Source: Desulfatiglandales bacterium (GTDB lineage Bacteria; Desulfobacterota; DSM-4660; Desulfatiglandales; Desulfatiglandaceae). From it: a stretch of 64,000 nt of DNA. Position numbers and translations under genes: made by a program. Below, piece by piece: positions 50,732 through 60,677 of this stretch. Position 1 is the first letter of the stretch. Each line of letters starts with the position of its first letter. The notes beneath the pieces were generated by a model. The model saw only the letters and a list, made by a program, of their open reading frames with translations, was not told the DNA's origin and searched no databases. The stretch covers positions 5,152,001-5,216,000 of the forward strand of contig OY759599.1 in the NCBI GenBank assembly GCA_963662465.1, written 5' to 3'.

Positions 50732-51808
50732 TCACCGATTGACATGAATCATCAGATAAATGCCTAAAAAAAGGAATATACTATTGGCTAACCATGCCGA
50801 GAAAAACGGGGGGAGAATCCCGGCAAAACCTAAGGTTCGGGAAAGCCCCAGGATCAGCAGATAAACAAAACACAGGGATATTCCCAGGGAAACCGCCAGG
50901 GGGGTGCCCATGTTTTTTCGCCAAAGGGCGATGGGAATTCCAATCAGCGCCATGATGAGGACAATAAATGGAAAGGCAATCTTGATGTTCAGTTCGACAA
51001 AATACCGGGTGGCATCGTACCCTTCCAGTTTAAGCCTTTCCGCAAATCGCTTGAGCCGAACATACCCCATTTCTTCCGGTTCCGTCGTTTCCCGCACAAA
51101 GTCTTCCGGATTTTCAGCGAGGTTTACATCCAGATATTCAAACTTGTGAAGGTCGTAGGTCCCATCCTTCTCCCGGTTTTGCACCATGCCGTTTTGCACC
51201 TGCCAGACATGGTTCTTCCAGATCCCCACGCGACCGTCGATCCTCTGGGTGATTTTAAACTGATCATTAAAAAAATAGAAGGTGGGTTCCACCATGACCA
51301 TTTTCTGCTGGTCGAACTGTCTTATGAAGTAGATGCAATTCTTTCCCTTGTACCAGATATGGTTTTGCCCATGAAATCGGCCGGGATGCTCTTTTTTGAC
51401 GTCGGTTCGCCATATTTCGTTGCTTCGAGAACTGGCATAGGGAACAATGGTTTCAGAGAACAGGAAAAGACCCATGGAGAGAAACGCCGCCAGGAGGATG
51501 ATTGGTTGCGCGATTTGCCAGGCATTGACGCCGCTGGCCTTCAACGCCACCATCTCGTTGTTCCGTTTCATGAGGCTGAACTGGATAATGACCGTGGTCA
51601 GCGTGGCGGGGGGCAACATCTGACCGGCAATGGCTGGGATTTTGTACGCGAAATAGGCCATCATAATCCCCTTTGACACATCGGCCTTTATAAAATCATC
51701 GATTCCACCGGCAAAATCGATCATCAGGTACAGTGCGATGAACACCAGCTGACAGATGATGAGCAGCTTGAAAAATTCCGTCAGGAGATATCGGGTTAAA
51801 ACATTCAT
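50732..51808 (-). CDS. lptG: LPS export permease (LptG/LptF family)
   Basis: LTRYL, NNEMVALKASG, KIAFPF, SAWLAN. Confidence 0.85.
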   Translation of the reverse strand: MNVLTRYLLTEFFKLLIICQLVFIALYLMIDFAGGIDDFIKADVSKGIMMAYFAYKIPAIAGQMLPPATLTTVIIQFSLMKRNNEMVALKASGVNAWQIAQPIILLAAFLSMGLFLFSETIVPYASSRSNEIWRTDVKKEHPGRFHGQNHIWYKGKNCIYFIRQFDQQKMVMVEPTFYFFNDQFKITQRIDGRVGIWKNHVWQVQNGMVQNREKDGTYDLHKFEYLDVNLAENPEDFVRETTEPEEMGYVRLKRFAERLKLEGYDATRYFVELNIKIAFPFIVLIMALIGIPIALWRKNMGTPLAVSLGISLCFVYLLILGLSRTLGFAGILPPFFSAWLANSIFLFLGIYLMIHVNR

Positions 51809-51818
51809 TGCATTTCCC

Positions 51819-53582
51819 CTAATCCCGGCGCCGCGGCATCAGCAGCAGGGGCGGCGGGGTAACGGCGGCATCAGACCAGGGCTTAAGTCCGGTCAGGCAA
51901 AAGAAGGCGTTGTTGCCCACCATGACATTGGTGCTGTTGGCGGCGACGGGTTTAAGGGTTTGCCAGGTTCGAACCGTTGGCCAGTCCCGAGGGCGAATAT
52001 TCACCAGCAGGGGGACATCAAGGGCCAGACGCTTGAGACTTTCTTCACCCTTTAAAAAATATTCACTATGATCTCCCAGAGACTTTCCAAATGCAAGCTC
52101 GTTAATTTCATCGATTAAAATGGTCCTCCTGCGGCTGTAAAAGCTTAAGGCCTGATCGTAGTTGCGCCATTCGGCGACCCTGATTTCCCGGGGCAGGGGC
52201 TGAGGCATGGCTTTGATGAAACCACCGATTTTTCGGTATTTCGCGGGAACCGGCACGATCATGAACATGGCGGGCATCAAAAGAATCAAGGTGAAACCGG
52301 TGGCAAAGGGGATCAGGCGCCTTTTGAAAAGCGATACCAATAAAAGAATGCCGCCTGAGAGCAGAGCGATCTGCGCCATCACCAGGGGCAGCGTCAACTC
52401 GGCCATGGGAATCATGTCCTGCCCTCGGGCAATATTCCGTATGGGTAAAACCGCCGCGAGCAGCAGAAAGGCCATAAGCGCAGTACACCAGCGGGCCGGA
52501 CACTTCAGCAATGCACCCTTATCGAGATAGACAGCGATCAGGAGTGCCATGGCCGGGTAGGCGGGCAGAATATAGGGAACGAGCTTGCATCGACTCAGGC
52601 TGAACAGGCCGATGACTGCAGAAACCCATATCACCAGGAAAAGAATGCTTTCCGATTGCGTCCCCTTGTTTTGGGGGTCTCGAACCACGCGCCAGGCCGT
52701 TTTGATGGAATTTGCGGCGGCAGGGAAAAAAAGACCCGTCCAGAATAGCATACCGAAGGGGAAGAGTACGATAAAGAACCAGAACGGTTTGGCGTGTTCA
52801 AGGCTGACCAGCCGGGAAAAATGCTGCACCACAATATAAAAATGAAAAAACTCGGGATTTCGCAAGCTGACGGCCCAATGCCAGGGAACCACAATAATGG
52901 CGAAGATCAACAGCCCCGGCGCCCATGCCATGGCGCCAAGGGCCCGCCAGTCGCGACGGCAGATAATGATCCCCCCGACAATCAACCCCGTCAGTGCAAT
53001 GGCCGCAATCCCCTTGGTCATGACCGCCATGCCGAGGCAGGCCCAGGAAATGCAATACCAACCTTGCCGGAACCGTTTTCCGGGAGATTGATAGCCCAGA
53101 TGCCAGGTCCCCCAGGCAGCGGTCAGAAATAGGCTGAAAACCCCATCAATAATGGGCATCCTTGCTAAAATCAGGGGGATCATACCGGTCAGGTAGATCC
53201 AGGCTGCCATCACGCCTGTTCGTCCATTGAACAGCCGTTTTCCGAAACCCATCACCAGCAAAAACGTCAGAAATCCCGCCAGGGCGGGCACCAGACGAAC
53301 CGCCCATTCCTTTTGGCCGAAAAGGGCCATGGACCCGGCCGTCAGCCAGTAAAACAGGGGGGGCTTTTCAAAGTATTTGACGTAATTGAGTCGAGGGGTT
53401 ATGAAATCCCCGCTTTCCAGCATTTCACGGGGAATTTCCGCATAGCGTCCTTCATCGGGATCCAGCAACGGATAGCTGCCCAGACCCGCAAAGTAAACAA
53501 CGGCAGCCAACACCGTGATGCATAAAAAGGCCATTATATTTTTTCTGGAAAATGGCGTATTAGGTTCTGCAGGAAACGTCAT
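51819..53582 (-). CDS. ArnT-family (GT83/PMT_2) glycosyltransferase
   Basis: DPDEGRYAEIPREM, YFEKPPL, MTKG, KLVPYILP. Confidence 0.9.
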   Translation of the reverse strand: MTFPAEPNTPFSRKNIMAFLCITVLAAVVYFAGLGSYPLLDPDEGRYAEIPREMLESGDFITPRLNYVKYFEKPPLFYWLTAGSMALFGQKEWAVRLVPALAGFLTFLLVMGFGKRLFNGRTGVMAAWIYLTGMIPLILARMPIIDGVFSLFLTAAWGTWHLGYQSPGKRFRQGWYCISWACLGMAVMTKGIAAIALTGLIVGGIIICRRDWRALGAMAWAPGLLIFAIIVVPWHWAVSLRNPEFFHFYIVVQHFSRLVSLEHAKPFWFFIVLFPFGMLFWTGLFFPAAANSIKTAWRVVRDPQNKGTQSESILFLVIWVSAVIGLFSLSRCKLVPYILPAYPAMALLIAVYLDKGALLKCPARWCTALMAFLLLAAVLPIRNIARGQDMIPMAELTLPLVMAQIALLSGGILLLVSLFKRRLIPFATGFTLILLMPAMFMIVPVPAKYRKIGGFIKAMPQPLPREIRVAEWRNYDQALSFYSRRRTILIDEINELAFGKSLGDHSEYFLKGEESLKRLALDVPLLVNIRPRDWPTVRTWQTLKPVAANSTNVMVGNNAFFCLTGLKPWSDAAVTPPPLLLMPRRRD

Positions 53583-53586
53583 ATCT

Positions 53587-54729
53587 TTAACTGATCCGTT
53601 GTTTCTGGCGTTGATTTTCAGGTTTTCTAACCAAGGTTCGTTTTAATGTCTTTGCCATCCTTTGAAAAACCTCTTCAGCCGTCAACTCCTCCAGACAACG
53701 ACTTCTTTCCGAACCTTCGCAACCCTTTTGGCTGCAGGGCTGACAGGCGAATCCTTTTTTAACGATTAAATGATCACGGCCCCGGGGGCCCCAGTTTGTC
53801 CATGAGGACGGGCCGAATATGCCCACCGTAGGGGTCCCCACGGCAGCCGCCATGTGGAGCGCCGCCGTATCCACCCCGATAAAGAGACGGCATGCCTGAA
53901 GAACGGCGGGAAGTTCTCCAATGGACGTTTCCCCTGCCAGATTATACGGTTTTTGCATGCATTTGCCGACGAGATCCGCGGCCCGTTCTCGTTCATTGGG
54001 GGCCCCGGTGACCACAAGGTTGCAGTGGTATCGGGTTTGAATATAATCCAGCAACCGAGCCATCTCGGCAATATCCCATTCCTTGTATTTCCAAAGTGAA
54101 AACGGGTGGATCGCCACCATGGGGCCATGGTCCGGAACCCCGGCTTTCACAAAAATATCCTTAGCCTTTTCACGACGCCGTCGGGAGACTGAAAGGGTAG
54201 GCCGGGGGTCGGGTTCGAAAAGTCCAAAGGGGGCCATGATATTCAGGTTATGCCGGGCGGCGTATTGAATGCCCTCATGGGTGGGTCGCACAAGATGGGT
54301 AAAAAGACGATTCCGCCACAGGGTTCCATCGTTGGCATAGCGGGCGACGCGGGTTTTTGCCCCTGACAGCCGGGCGATCACCGCGCCCCGGGTGCCCGTT
54401 CGCAGTTCGATGGCCAGCGTGCAGCGGCGTTTTCTGAGTTCCCTGAAGAAGTGAAGCTGATAGGCCAACGCATCCGTAAACGACCGCTTTTGTTTGTTTA
54501 CGGACAGGACCTGTTGTACCCACGGACAATCCTCCATCAATTCCCTGGCATGTTCCCTAACACACAGAACCAGGGGACGATTTGGAAAGGTGCGCCCCAA
54601 AACCCCTATGGCGGGCAGAGTCAGCACCACATCCCCGATGTCCCCCAGTTGTATGACCAGGATGGGACCGTTTGTCGTGGGCAGTGACGGATTTCCTTTC
54701 AAAAGTTGTGCGGTTTCCATTTGCATCAT
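53587..54729 (-). CDS. GT9 LPS heptosyltransferase-like protein
   Basis: IGDVVL, KEW, DTAALHMAAAVGTPTVGIFGP. Confidence 0.92.
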   Translation of the reverse strand: MMQMETAQLLKGNPSLPTTNGPILVIQLGDIGDVVLTLPAIGVLGRTFPNRPLVLCVREHARELMEDCPWVQQVLSVNKQKRSFTDALAYQLHFFRELRKRRCTLAIELRTGTRGAVIARLSGAKTRVARYANDGTLWRNRLFTHLVRPTHEGIQYAARHNLNIMAPFGLFEPDPRPTLSVSRRRREKAKDIFVKAGVPDHGPMVAIHPFSLWKYKEWDIAEMARLLDYIQTRYHCNLVVTGAPNERERAADLVGKCMQKPYNLAGETSIGELPAVLQACRLFIGVDTAALHMAAAVGTPTVGIFGPSSWTNWGPRGRDHLIVKKGFACQPCSQKGCEGSERSRCLEELTAEEVFQRMAKTLKRTLVRKPENQRQKQRIS

Positions 54730-55641
54730 CTAGGGGCGTCCTTTGAGGTGCCATCTCAGCAGTTGTGTGTAGACCGCCAGTTTTTTCTTGATGCGTTTGT
54801 TTAACCCCAGGGTGCCCCCCATGGCCAGAAGGTTCAACAGAGCATTGACGAACAGCCGGAAAAAGGCAGCCAAAAAAAACAGGGGATAGGTTTTTGGGCG
54901 CCACTTTTTAAAATATTGATATCGGGAGCGATAAAAGAGGATCCTGGCGGAAACCCCGCTGCCGACGGTTTTTCCCTGCGCATGAACAATTTCCGCATCC
55001 GGAACAAAATAGTTGTTCCATCCCCCTTGTTTCATTCGGTAGGCCCAGTCCGTTTCCTCCATGAAAAAAAAATACCGCTCATCCAGGAAACCGACTTCAT
55101 CAATGGCTTTTTTTGAAACCATAATGCAGGCCCCGATGCAGGAATCCACCGCTATGGGCGCCGTATAACATTTTCTTTTGCTGGGGTATTTTTGAGGAAA
55201 GAGGAGCCGCAGCAGGGTCTCATTGGAAAGCAGGGAAAGCAAGGACGGAAATGGCGCGATGGCGTTTTGCTTTGATCCATCCTCATTCAGCAGTTGCCCG
55301 CAGGCCATGGCGGCATCCGGCGTTTTTTCCATGAAAGCCAAAAGGTGTTTAATGGCGACTGTCTTCAGCTGTGCATCAGTGTTGATCAAAACGGCATAAC
55401 GGCCCCGCATTTCGGCAAAGGCCAAATTGTTGGCTGCGGCAAACCCCAGATTTTGGCGGTTTTCAATCACATGAATGTCGGGATAGACGGCCCGTGCGGC
55501 CGCAACGCTGCCATCCGAGGATGCATTGTCCACCAGCCAGACCTCAAAGGCCAACCCCGAAGTTGTTTTGTAAATGGAAGCCAAACACCGCAGCAGCAGG
55601 TCCCGGGTATTCCAGTTCACGATAACAAATGAGATATCCAA
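54730..55641 (-). CDS. GT2 glycosyltransferase
   Basis: VIVNWN, VDNASSDGS, NLGFAAANN, EETDW. Confidence 0.92.
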   Translation of the reverse strand: MDISFVIVNWNTRDLLLRCLASIYKTTSGLAFEVWLVDNASSDGSVAAARAVYPDIHVIENRQNLGFAAANNLAFAEMRGRYAVLINTDAQLKTVAIKHLLAFMEKTPDAAMACGQLLNEDGSKQNAIAPFPSLLSLLSNETLLRLLFPQKYPSKRKCYTAPIAVDSCIGACIMVSKKAIDEVGFLDERYFFFMEETDWAYRMKQGGWNNYFVPDAEIVHAQGKTVGSGVSARILFYRSRYQYFKKWRPKTYPLFFLAAFFRLFVNALLNLLAMGGTLGLNKRIKKKLAVYTQLLRWHLKGRP

Positions 55642-55643
55642 AC

Positions 55644-56495
55644 CTAATGCTCCGGAAAATGGTTCTCTAAATGGACGATGGTAAAGTCACGGGGGGCCGC
55701 CATTTTAAACACGGCCTCCGGAAGGGGCTTGTTAAAGGTCATTTGGTCAATGGCAATCTCCAGTCCGCTCTGATACGCCGGACCATGGAAATTCACCTGC
55801 CGCGCATAAAGAATGCCGTCGTCGTTTTCAAAATTTGAAAAGACCAGGGTCGCATGTTCTTTTAAAAAACATACCTTGTGTGGAAGCGGTTCCCCCGAAT
55901 AAAGTTCAAACACCTGAATCTTGTCTCCATTGCGGTCCAGGAGGGTGATCTGATTCCCGGCAAACGACCTTGCCCGCCGGTGTTCGACCAAGGCTGGAAA
56001 AGCCCTCGCGAGGGACCATAAGACACAAGAGTCCAGGGGTATGGGAATACGTTCCAAAACCTGCCGGCTATCGAGGCTGCCCCTGTAAATGTGTTTCTCA
56101 GTGAAATCCAGAATATCAAGTTTTCGGCCCCGTATCAAGATATGGAGCAGGGGTTTTCCCCAGGGATGGGTAATTTCAATTTTGATCCGCCCGTAGGGGC
56201 AGACCTGTGTGTCTGCCCTGGCCCCTGTGCCTGCCCTATGGCCTGCATCCGCAATCATCAGAATTTGAACCGCGGTTTCGGCATCCGGATGGCTAAGGGT
56301 CAGCGTACCTGAGTAAAAAAGGGTCTTTGCCGCCCACGCCTGTGCTTCGAACTCGGAAACGAGGGAAGCGATTTTTGTTCCCTCAAGGGCGGGAGACGGA
56401 GGGTTGAGCGTTATAGGGGAACAGCACTGAAAAATTACAAAGGCTGTAACCGTCAAGACCGTTTTGATTCCCGAATAGATTTTGGCGAGATTCAA
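55644..56495 (-). CDS. Hypothetical lipoprotein (LolA/LolB-like fold suspected)
   Basis: Hydrophobic N-terminus plus Cys, beta-rich, ends FNKPLPEAVF. Confidence 0.6.
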   Translation of the reverse strand: MNLAKIYSGIKTVLTVTAFVIFQCCSPITLNPPSPALEGTKIASLVSEFEAQAWAAKTLFYSGTLTLSHPDAETAVQILMIADAGHRAGTGARADTQVCPYGRIKIEITHPWGKPLLHILIRGRKLDILDFTEKHIYRGSLDSRQVLERIPIPLDSCVLWSLARAFPALVEHRRARSFAGNQITLLDRNGDKIQVFELYSGEPLPHKVCFLKEHATLVFSNFENDDGILYARQVNFHGPAYQSGLEIAIDQMTFNKPLPEAVFKMAAPRDFTIVHLENHFPEH

Positions 56496-58312
56496 TTTTT
56501 TTTCTTCAAAAGTTCGCGCACCTCGACCATTTTTTCTTTGATCCGTGTTGCTTCTGGGTGCTCTAAAGAGAGGGCCTTTTCATAACAGCGGAGGGCCTTT
56601 TCGTATTCTTTGATCTTAAGGTAGGCATCTCCCAGATGCTCCTGAACAGTGGGGTCGTCTCCGGTTAGAATCGCTGCCTTTTCAATGGTGCGTACCGCCT
56701 TCCGGTATTGGCCTTTCTGAAAATAGACCCATCCCAGGCTATCGATAATATAGCCGCTGTCGGGCTTCAATTTCAGGGCTTTTTGAATCAGGAACAGGGC
56801 CTCGTCCAGTCGAACGCCCTGCTCGGCATAGGTATACCCGATGTAGTTGAGCGCATCGGCATTGTCGGGGTCAATTGCAAGCAATTGCCTCATTTCTTTG
56901 ATGCAGGCGTCTTTTTTCCCAATCTTGTCCAAAAGTATACCCAGGCGAAATCGAAGGTTGACGTTTTTTTCATCCAGCTTCAAACCGTCTTTAACCGCGG
57001 CAATGGCCTTTTCATATTTTTCCTGAGCTTCATAGATGGACGCCAGCATAAGATACAGGTCCGTATTATCCCTGTCCAGCGCCATCAACTGTGTCAAGGT
57101 GTTCAGTGCATCGTCGTATTTTTCTTCGATGATAAACAGATGCACCATGTGCATCTGAGCGTTGGCATAATATTTTGAGCCCTTATCAATCCGGTTAAAT
57201 TGCGCCAGAGCCGTCTCGTTATCCCCCTTTTCTTCATAGGCGGTTGCCAGATAATATCGCGACTTGTGGTCTTTGGGCCATGCGGTAACAATCAGATCCA
57301 GCTCAGCAATAGATTCATCGATTTTCCCCTGCCTCAGATAAATGAGACCCAGCGCCTGCCGTTCAGGTTCGCCGGGGTTCGAGTGCTTCTTGATTTGCTC
57401 CACCTGATGTGCCGCCTCGGTTTTCCGGCCCAGTTCCAGATACACTTCCACCAGCCTTTCCCTGGCGGGGATGTTGTCGGGATAAATGGAAAGCAAATTT
57501 TCGTAGGCCTTGGCCGCTTGGGGGTTCCGATGGGTTATTTGATAGAGGGTAGCTTTATCAAACAGGGCCGGCTCCAGCGTTCGGTTACGTTTCAGGGCTT
57601 CATTCATGGATTTTTCAGCTGCTTCATAGCGATGCATTTCCAGGTTGATTCTACCCTGGTAATAATGGGCAATGATCAGGTCAGGATCCTGACTAATCAG
57701 AACGTCCAAGTGGGTCAAAGCCTTTTCAAATTCTTTTTTCCGGACCAGGATGGTTGTCAACAGTAGCCTGACCCGCTGATCATCCGGATCTTGTTTAAGA
57801 ATGTTCCGATACGCCGCCATGGCGAGTTCATCGTTCCCCGTCAACGCGTACAAGTCTCCCAGCAATGCAAGGGTGTGCGTGTTTTGAGGGTCCATGCCAA
57901 CGCTTTTCCGGGCATAGGCCAACGCTTCAGGATATTGTTTGAGACCTTTCAGCAACATCGCCATTTTGGCGTTCAAATAGACGGAATCGGGGTCATTTTG
58001 AATGGCCGTTTCAAGGTATTTACGCGCATCCTGGTAACGACCCTGGTTTAAAGCGATTGAGGCATAGGTGAACTGCTCATAGGCTTTCTGGGTTGCGTCC
58101 GGTTGTTGGGGACGATAAATTTTAGGTTTGGCGACCTCAACGACGGGGACGCTCGTTTTTTGAGGCGCCGGGTCGATCATCGTTGCGCAGCCGGTGAACC
58201 CAATGGCAAAAAGGGCCGGCAAGAGCAAAGAGAGGCGCTTCAAATTCCCGCCCCCCGGGAATATGGCATACTGAAGAAATGGGCGGTTGAATACTGTGAG
58301 CCTTGGTTTCAT
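56492..58312 (-). CDS. TPR repeat lipoprotein
   Basis: FTGC lipobox; ALNYIGY, IIDSLGWVYF, EHLGDAY; true start may be slightly downstream. Confidence 0.88.
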   Translation of the reverse strand: MKPRLTVFNRPFLQYAIFPGGGNLKRLSLLLPALFAIGFTGCATMIDPAPQKTSVPVVEVAKPKIYRPQQPDATQKAYEQFTYASIALNQGRYQDARKYLETAIQNDPDSVYLNAKMAMLLKGLKQYPEALAYARKSVGMDPQNTHTLALLGDLYALTGNDELAMAAYRNILKQDPDDQRVRLLLTTILVRKKEFEKALTHLDVLISQDPDLIIAHYYQGRINLEMHRYEAAEKSMNEALKRNRTLEPALFDKATLYQITHRNPQAAKAYENLLSIYPDNIPARERLVEVYLELGRKTEAAHQVEQIKKHSNPGEPERQALGLIYLRQGKIDESIAELDLIVTAWPKDHKSRYYLATAYEEKGDNETALAQFNRIDKGSKYYANAQMHMVHLFIIEEKYDDALNTLTQLMALDRDNTDLYLMLASIYEAQEKYEKAIAAVKDGLKLDEKNVNLRFRLGILLDKIGKKDACIKEMRQLLAIDPDNADALNYIGYTYAEQGVRLDEALFLIQKALKLKPDSGYIIDSLGWVYFQKGQYRKAVRTIEKAAILTGDDPTVQEHLGDAYLKIKEYEKALRCYEKALSLEHPEATRIKEKMVEVRELLKKKN

Positions 58313-58349
58313 AGTCTATTTACGCCGGATTTTTCAGAGACAGTCGTCG

Positions 58350-59330
58350 CTATTTCAAGAAATCCGAGTATTCCTCCTCAAAATTCGGGATCTTTTCTTT
58401 CAACCATTTCCGAATGTTTTTGATAATTTTTTCCTGGATTTGCCGAATTCTTTCTCGGGAAATCTTGTATTTGTTGCCCAGATCCTGAAGGGTCAGGGGT
58501 TTTTCAGCCAGAATTCGATTGTCAAAAATGTCGGCTTCTTTTCCTGAAAGGGTTTTACGAAATTCTTTAAGGCTTCTTGATAGTTGTGTACGGCTTTCAT
58601 TATTGGATAGCTGATCGTCAACCGGCATTCCGGGGTCAGGGAGAAACGCACCGTAGGATTCCTTGGAATCCTCGCCCACGGGCGCACTGAGGGAAACTTC
58701 CCATCCCCCCAGGCGCTGGGTCATTTCAACGACTTCCGACTCCTTCACGTCCAGTTTTTCGGCCAACAGACGGGGTTCGGGGGCGAAGCCCTGAGCAATC
58801 AGCTTATCCCTTTCCTTGGCAAGGTTGAAGAAGAGCTTCCGCTGGCTTTGGGTCGTTCCAATTTTAACCATCTTCCAGTTGTCCATTATGAATTTAAGGA
58901 TGTAAGCCTTAATCCAAAATGAGGCATAGTAGGAAAATTTTATGCCGCGGTAAGGGTCGAATTTTCTAACGGCCTGCAATAACCCCAGGTTCCCTTCCTG
59001 GATCAGGTCCAGGAGATTCTTGGTCCAGTAACGATGGAAATCCATGGCAATTTTGACGACCAGTCTCAAATTTGACGTCACAAGCCTGAAGGCCGCGTCA
59101 TCGTCGTTATGTTCTCTGATTCGGGTTGCCAGCTCTTTCTCTTCTTCCCGGGTCAGCAGATTATATTGCTTGATTTCAAGGAGATATATTTGAAGCGGAT
59201 CATAAGGGACAAGCGCGGTGTCCGAGCGCCGTACCACGGGTGCAAGCGCCGTGCGATACTGGACCGGCTTCCGGTCGGGCGTTTTCGCCTTTGTCTTTTT
59301 TGACCCGGGTTTCTTTTTCCCTTTTTCCAT
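58350..59330 (-). CDS. rpoH: Sigma-32 (RpoH)-like sigma factor
   Basis: SNLRLVVKIA, RpoH box VKIGTTQSQRKLFFNL, SRERIRQ. Confidence 0.9.
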   Translation of the reverse strand: MEKGKKKPGSKKTKAKTPDRKPVQYRTALAPVVRRSDTALVPYDPLQIYLLEIKQYNLLTREEEKELATRIREHNDDDAAFRLVTSNLRLVVKIAMDFHRYWTKNLLDLIQEGNLGLLQAVRKFDPYRGIKFSYYASFWIKAYILKFIMDNWKMVKIGTTQSQRKLFFNLAKERDKLIAQGFAPEPRLLAEKLDVKESEVVEMTQRLGGWEVSLSAPVGEDSKESYGAFLPDPGMPVDDQLSNNESRTQLSRSLKEFRKTLSGKEADIFDNRILAEKPLTLQDLGNKYKISRERIRQIQEKIIKNIRKWLKEKIPNFEEEYSDFLK

Positions 59331-59352
59331 GAAAAGACCTTTAATCTGGGCT

Positions 59353-59432
59353 TTTATAGTTTTAAGTATTAAGCTTTCCCGGCAATAATGATGGTTTAGT
59401 TTTTTTTCTTAAAACTTAAAACCTAAAACTTA
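59353..59432. repeat. Inverted pair of TTTTAAG arrays
   Basis: TTTATAG TTTTAAG TATTAAG ... CTTAAAA CTTAAAA CCTAAAA between tyrS and rpoH. Confidence 0.75.
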
Positions 59433-59433
59433 T

Positions 59434-60675
59434 TTATTTCCCCACTGCGCCGGAAATAACCTTCATATATCTCTTTTTCCCTGCCCGCAAAAGCAGTCCA
59501 TCATCCTTTAGATCATTGATGTCGACCATCTGGTCAAAGGCTGAAATTTTCCGGTCGTTCAAATAGCCGCCTCCCTGGGAAATCAGTCTGCGCGCTTCCC
59601 CTCTTGTTTTACAAAGACCGGAATTTTCAAAGAGGATGTAGGCCGGTATTCCGGCTTCAAGGATTTTCGGATCAATTTGGTACAGGGGGGCGGATTCATC
59701 TGAGCCCCCTTTGCTTTGGCCGAACAATCCTTCAGCCGCGGCCCGGGCCTGATCCGCGTTTTCCTTGCCGTGGCATAATTGGGTCGCTTCGTAGGCCAAC
59801 ACTTTTTTCGCTTCCCGGATTTCAGCGCCTTCCAGTTTTCTCAGCCGCTGGATTTCATCCATGTCCAGCAGAGTGAAGAGGGATAGAAATCTTCCGATGT
59901 CGCCATCATCCTGGTTGACCCAATACTGATAGTATTCATAGGGCGAGGTCATTTCAGCATCGAGCCATACGGCGCCCTTATGGGTTTTGCCCATCTTGAT
60001 GCCGGAACTGGTGGTGAGAAGGGGAAAGGTCAGTCCGTGGACCACTTCGCTTTCCAGGCGCCGTATCAAGTCGGCGCCGGCCAGAATATTTCCCCATTGA
60101 TCGTTTCCGCCCATTTGAAGGCGGCAATCGTAATTTTTGAAGAGATGCCAGAAATCGTAAGCCTGCAACAGCATGTAGTTGAATTCGATGAAGCTTAAGC
60201 CGGTTTCCAAACGCATCTTATAGCTTTCCGCGGTCAGCATGCGATTGACGCTGAAATGCCGACCGATATCCCGCAGAAAATCCACGTATCGGAGTTCCGT
60301 AAGCCAGTCGGCGTTATTGGCCATGATTGCCCGGTCGCCGCCAAAATCGATAAAACTGGAAAGCTGTTGCTTCAGGCCATCGGCATTATCATTAATCTCT
60401 TCACGGCTCATGATGCGGCGCATTTCGGTTTTTCCGCTGGGATCGCCAACCAGGGCCGTCCCCCCCCCCACCAGCACAACCGGCCTGTGACCGGCATTCT
60501 GCATATGCACCAGACTCATGATGGGAAGCAGGCTCCCCACGTGAAGGCTTTTCGCGGTGGGGTCAAAACCGATATAGCAGGTGGTGGGCTGAGAAAGCAT
60601 TTCCGCGAGAGATATTCTATCCGTGGACTGTTCAAAAAACCCCCTGCTTTCAAAAATTTCTAAAATATTTTCCAT
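59434..60675 (-). CDS. tyrS: Tyrosine--tRNA ligase
   Basis: YIGFDPTA, HVGS, QMGGNDQWGN, KMGKT, S4-like tail. Confidence 0.98.
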   Translation of the reverse strand: MENILEIFESRGFFEQSTDRISLAEMLSQPTTCYIGFDPTAKSLHVGSLLPIMSLVHMQNAGHRPVVLVGGGTALVGDPSGKTEMRRIMSREEINDNADGLKQQLSSFIDFGGDRAIMANNADWLTELRYVDFLRDIGRHFSVNRMLTAESYKMRLETGLSFIEFNYMLLQAYDFWHLFKNYDCRLQMGGNDQWGNILAGADLIRRLESEVVHGLTFPLLTTSSGIKMGKTHKGAVWLDAEMTSPYEYYQYWVNQDDGDIGRFLSLFTLLDMDEIQRLRKLEGAEIREAKKVLAYEATQLCHGKENADQARAAAEGLFGQSKGGSDESAPLYQIDPKILEAGIPAYILFENSGLCKTRGEARRLISQGGGYLNDRKISAFDQMVDINDLKDDGLLLRAGKKRYMKVISGAVGK

Positions 60676-60677
60676 TG

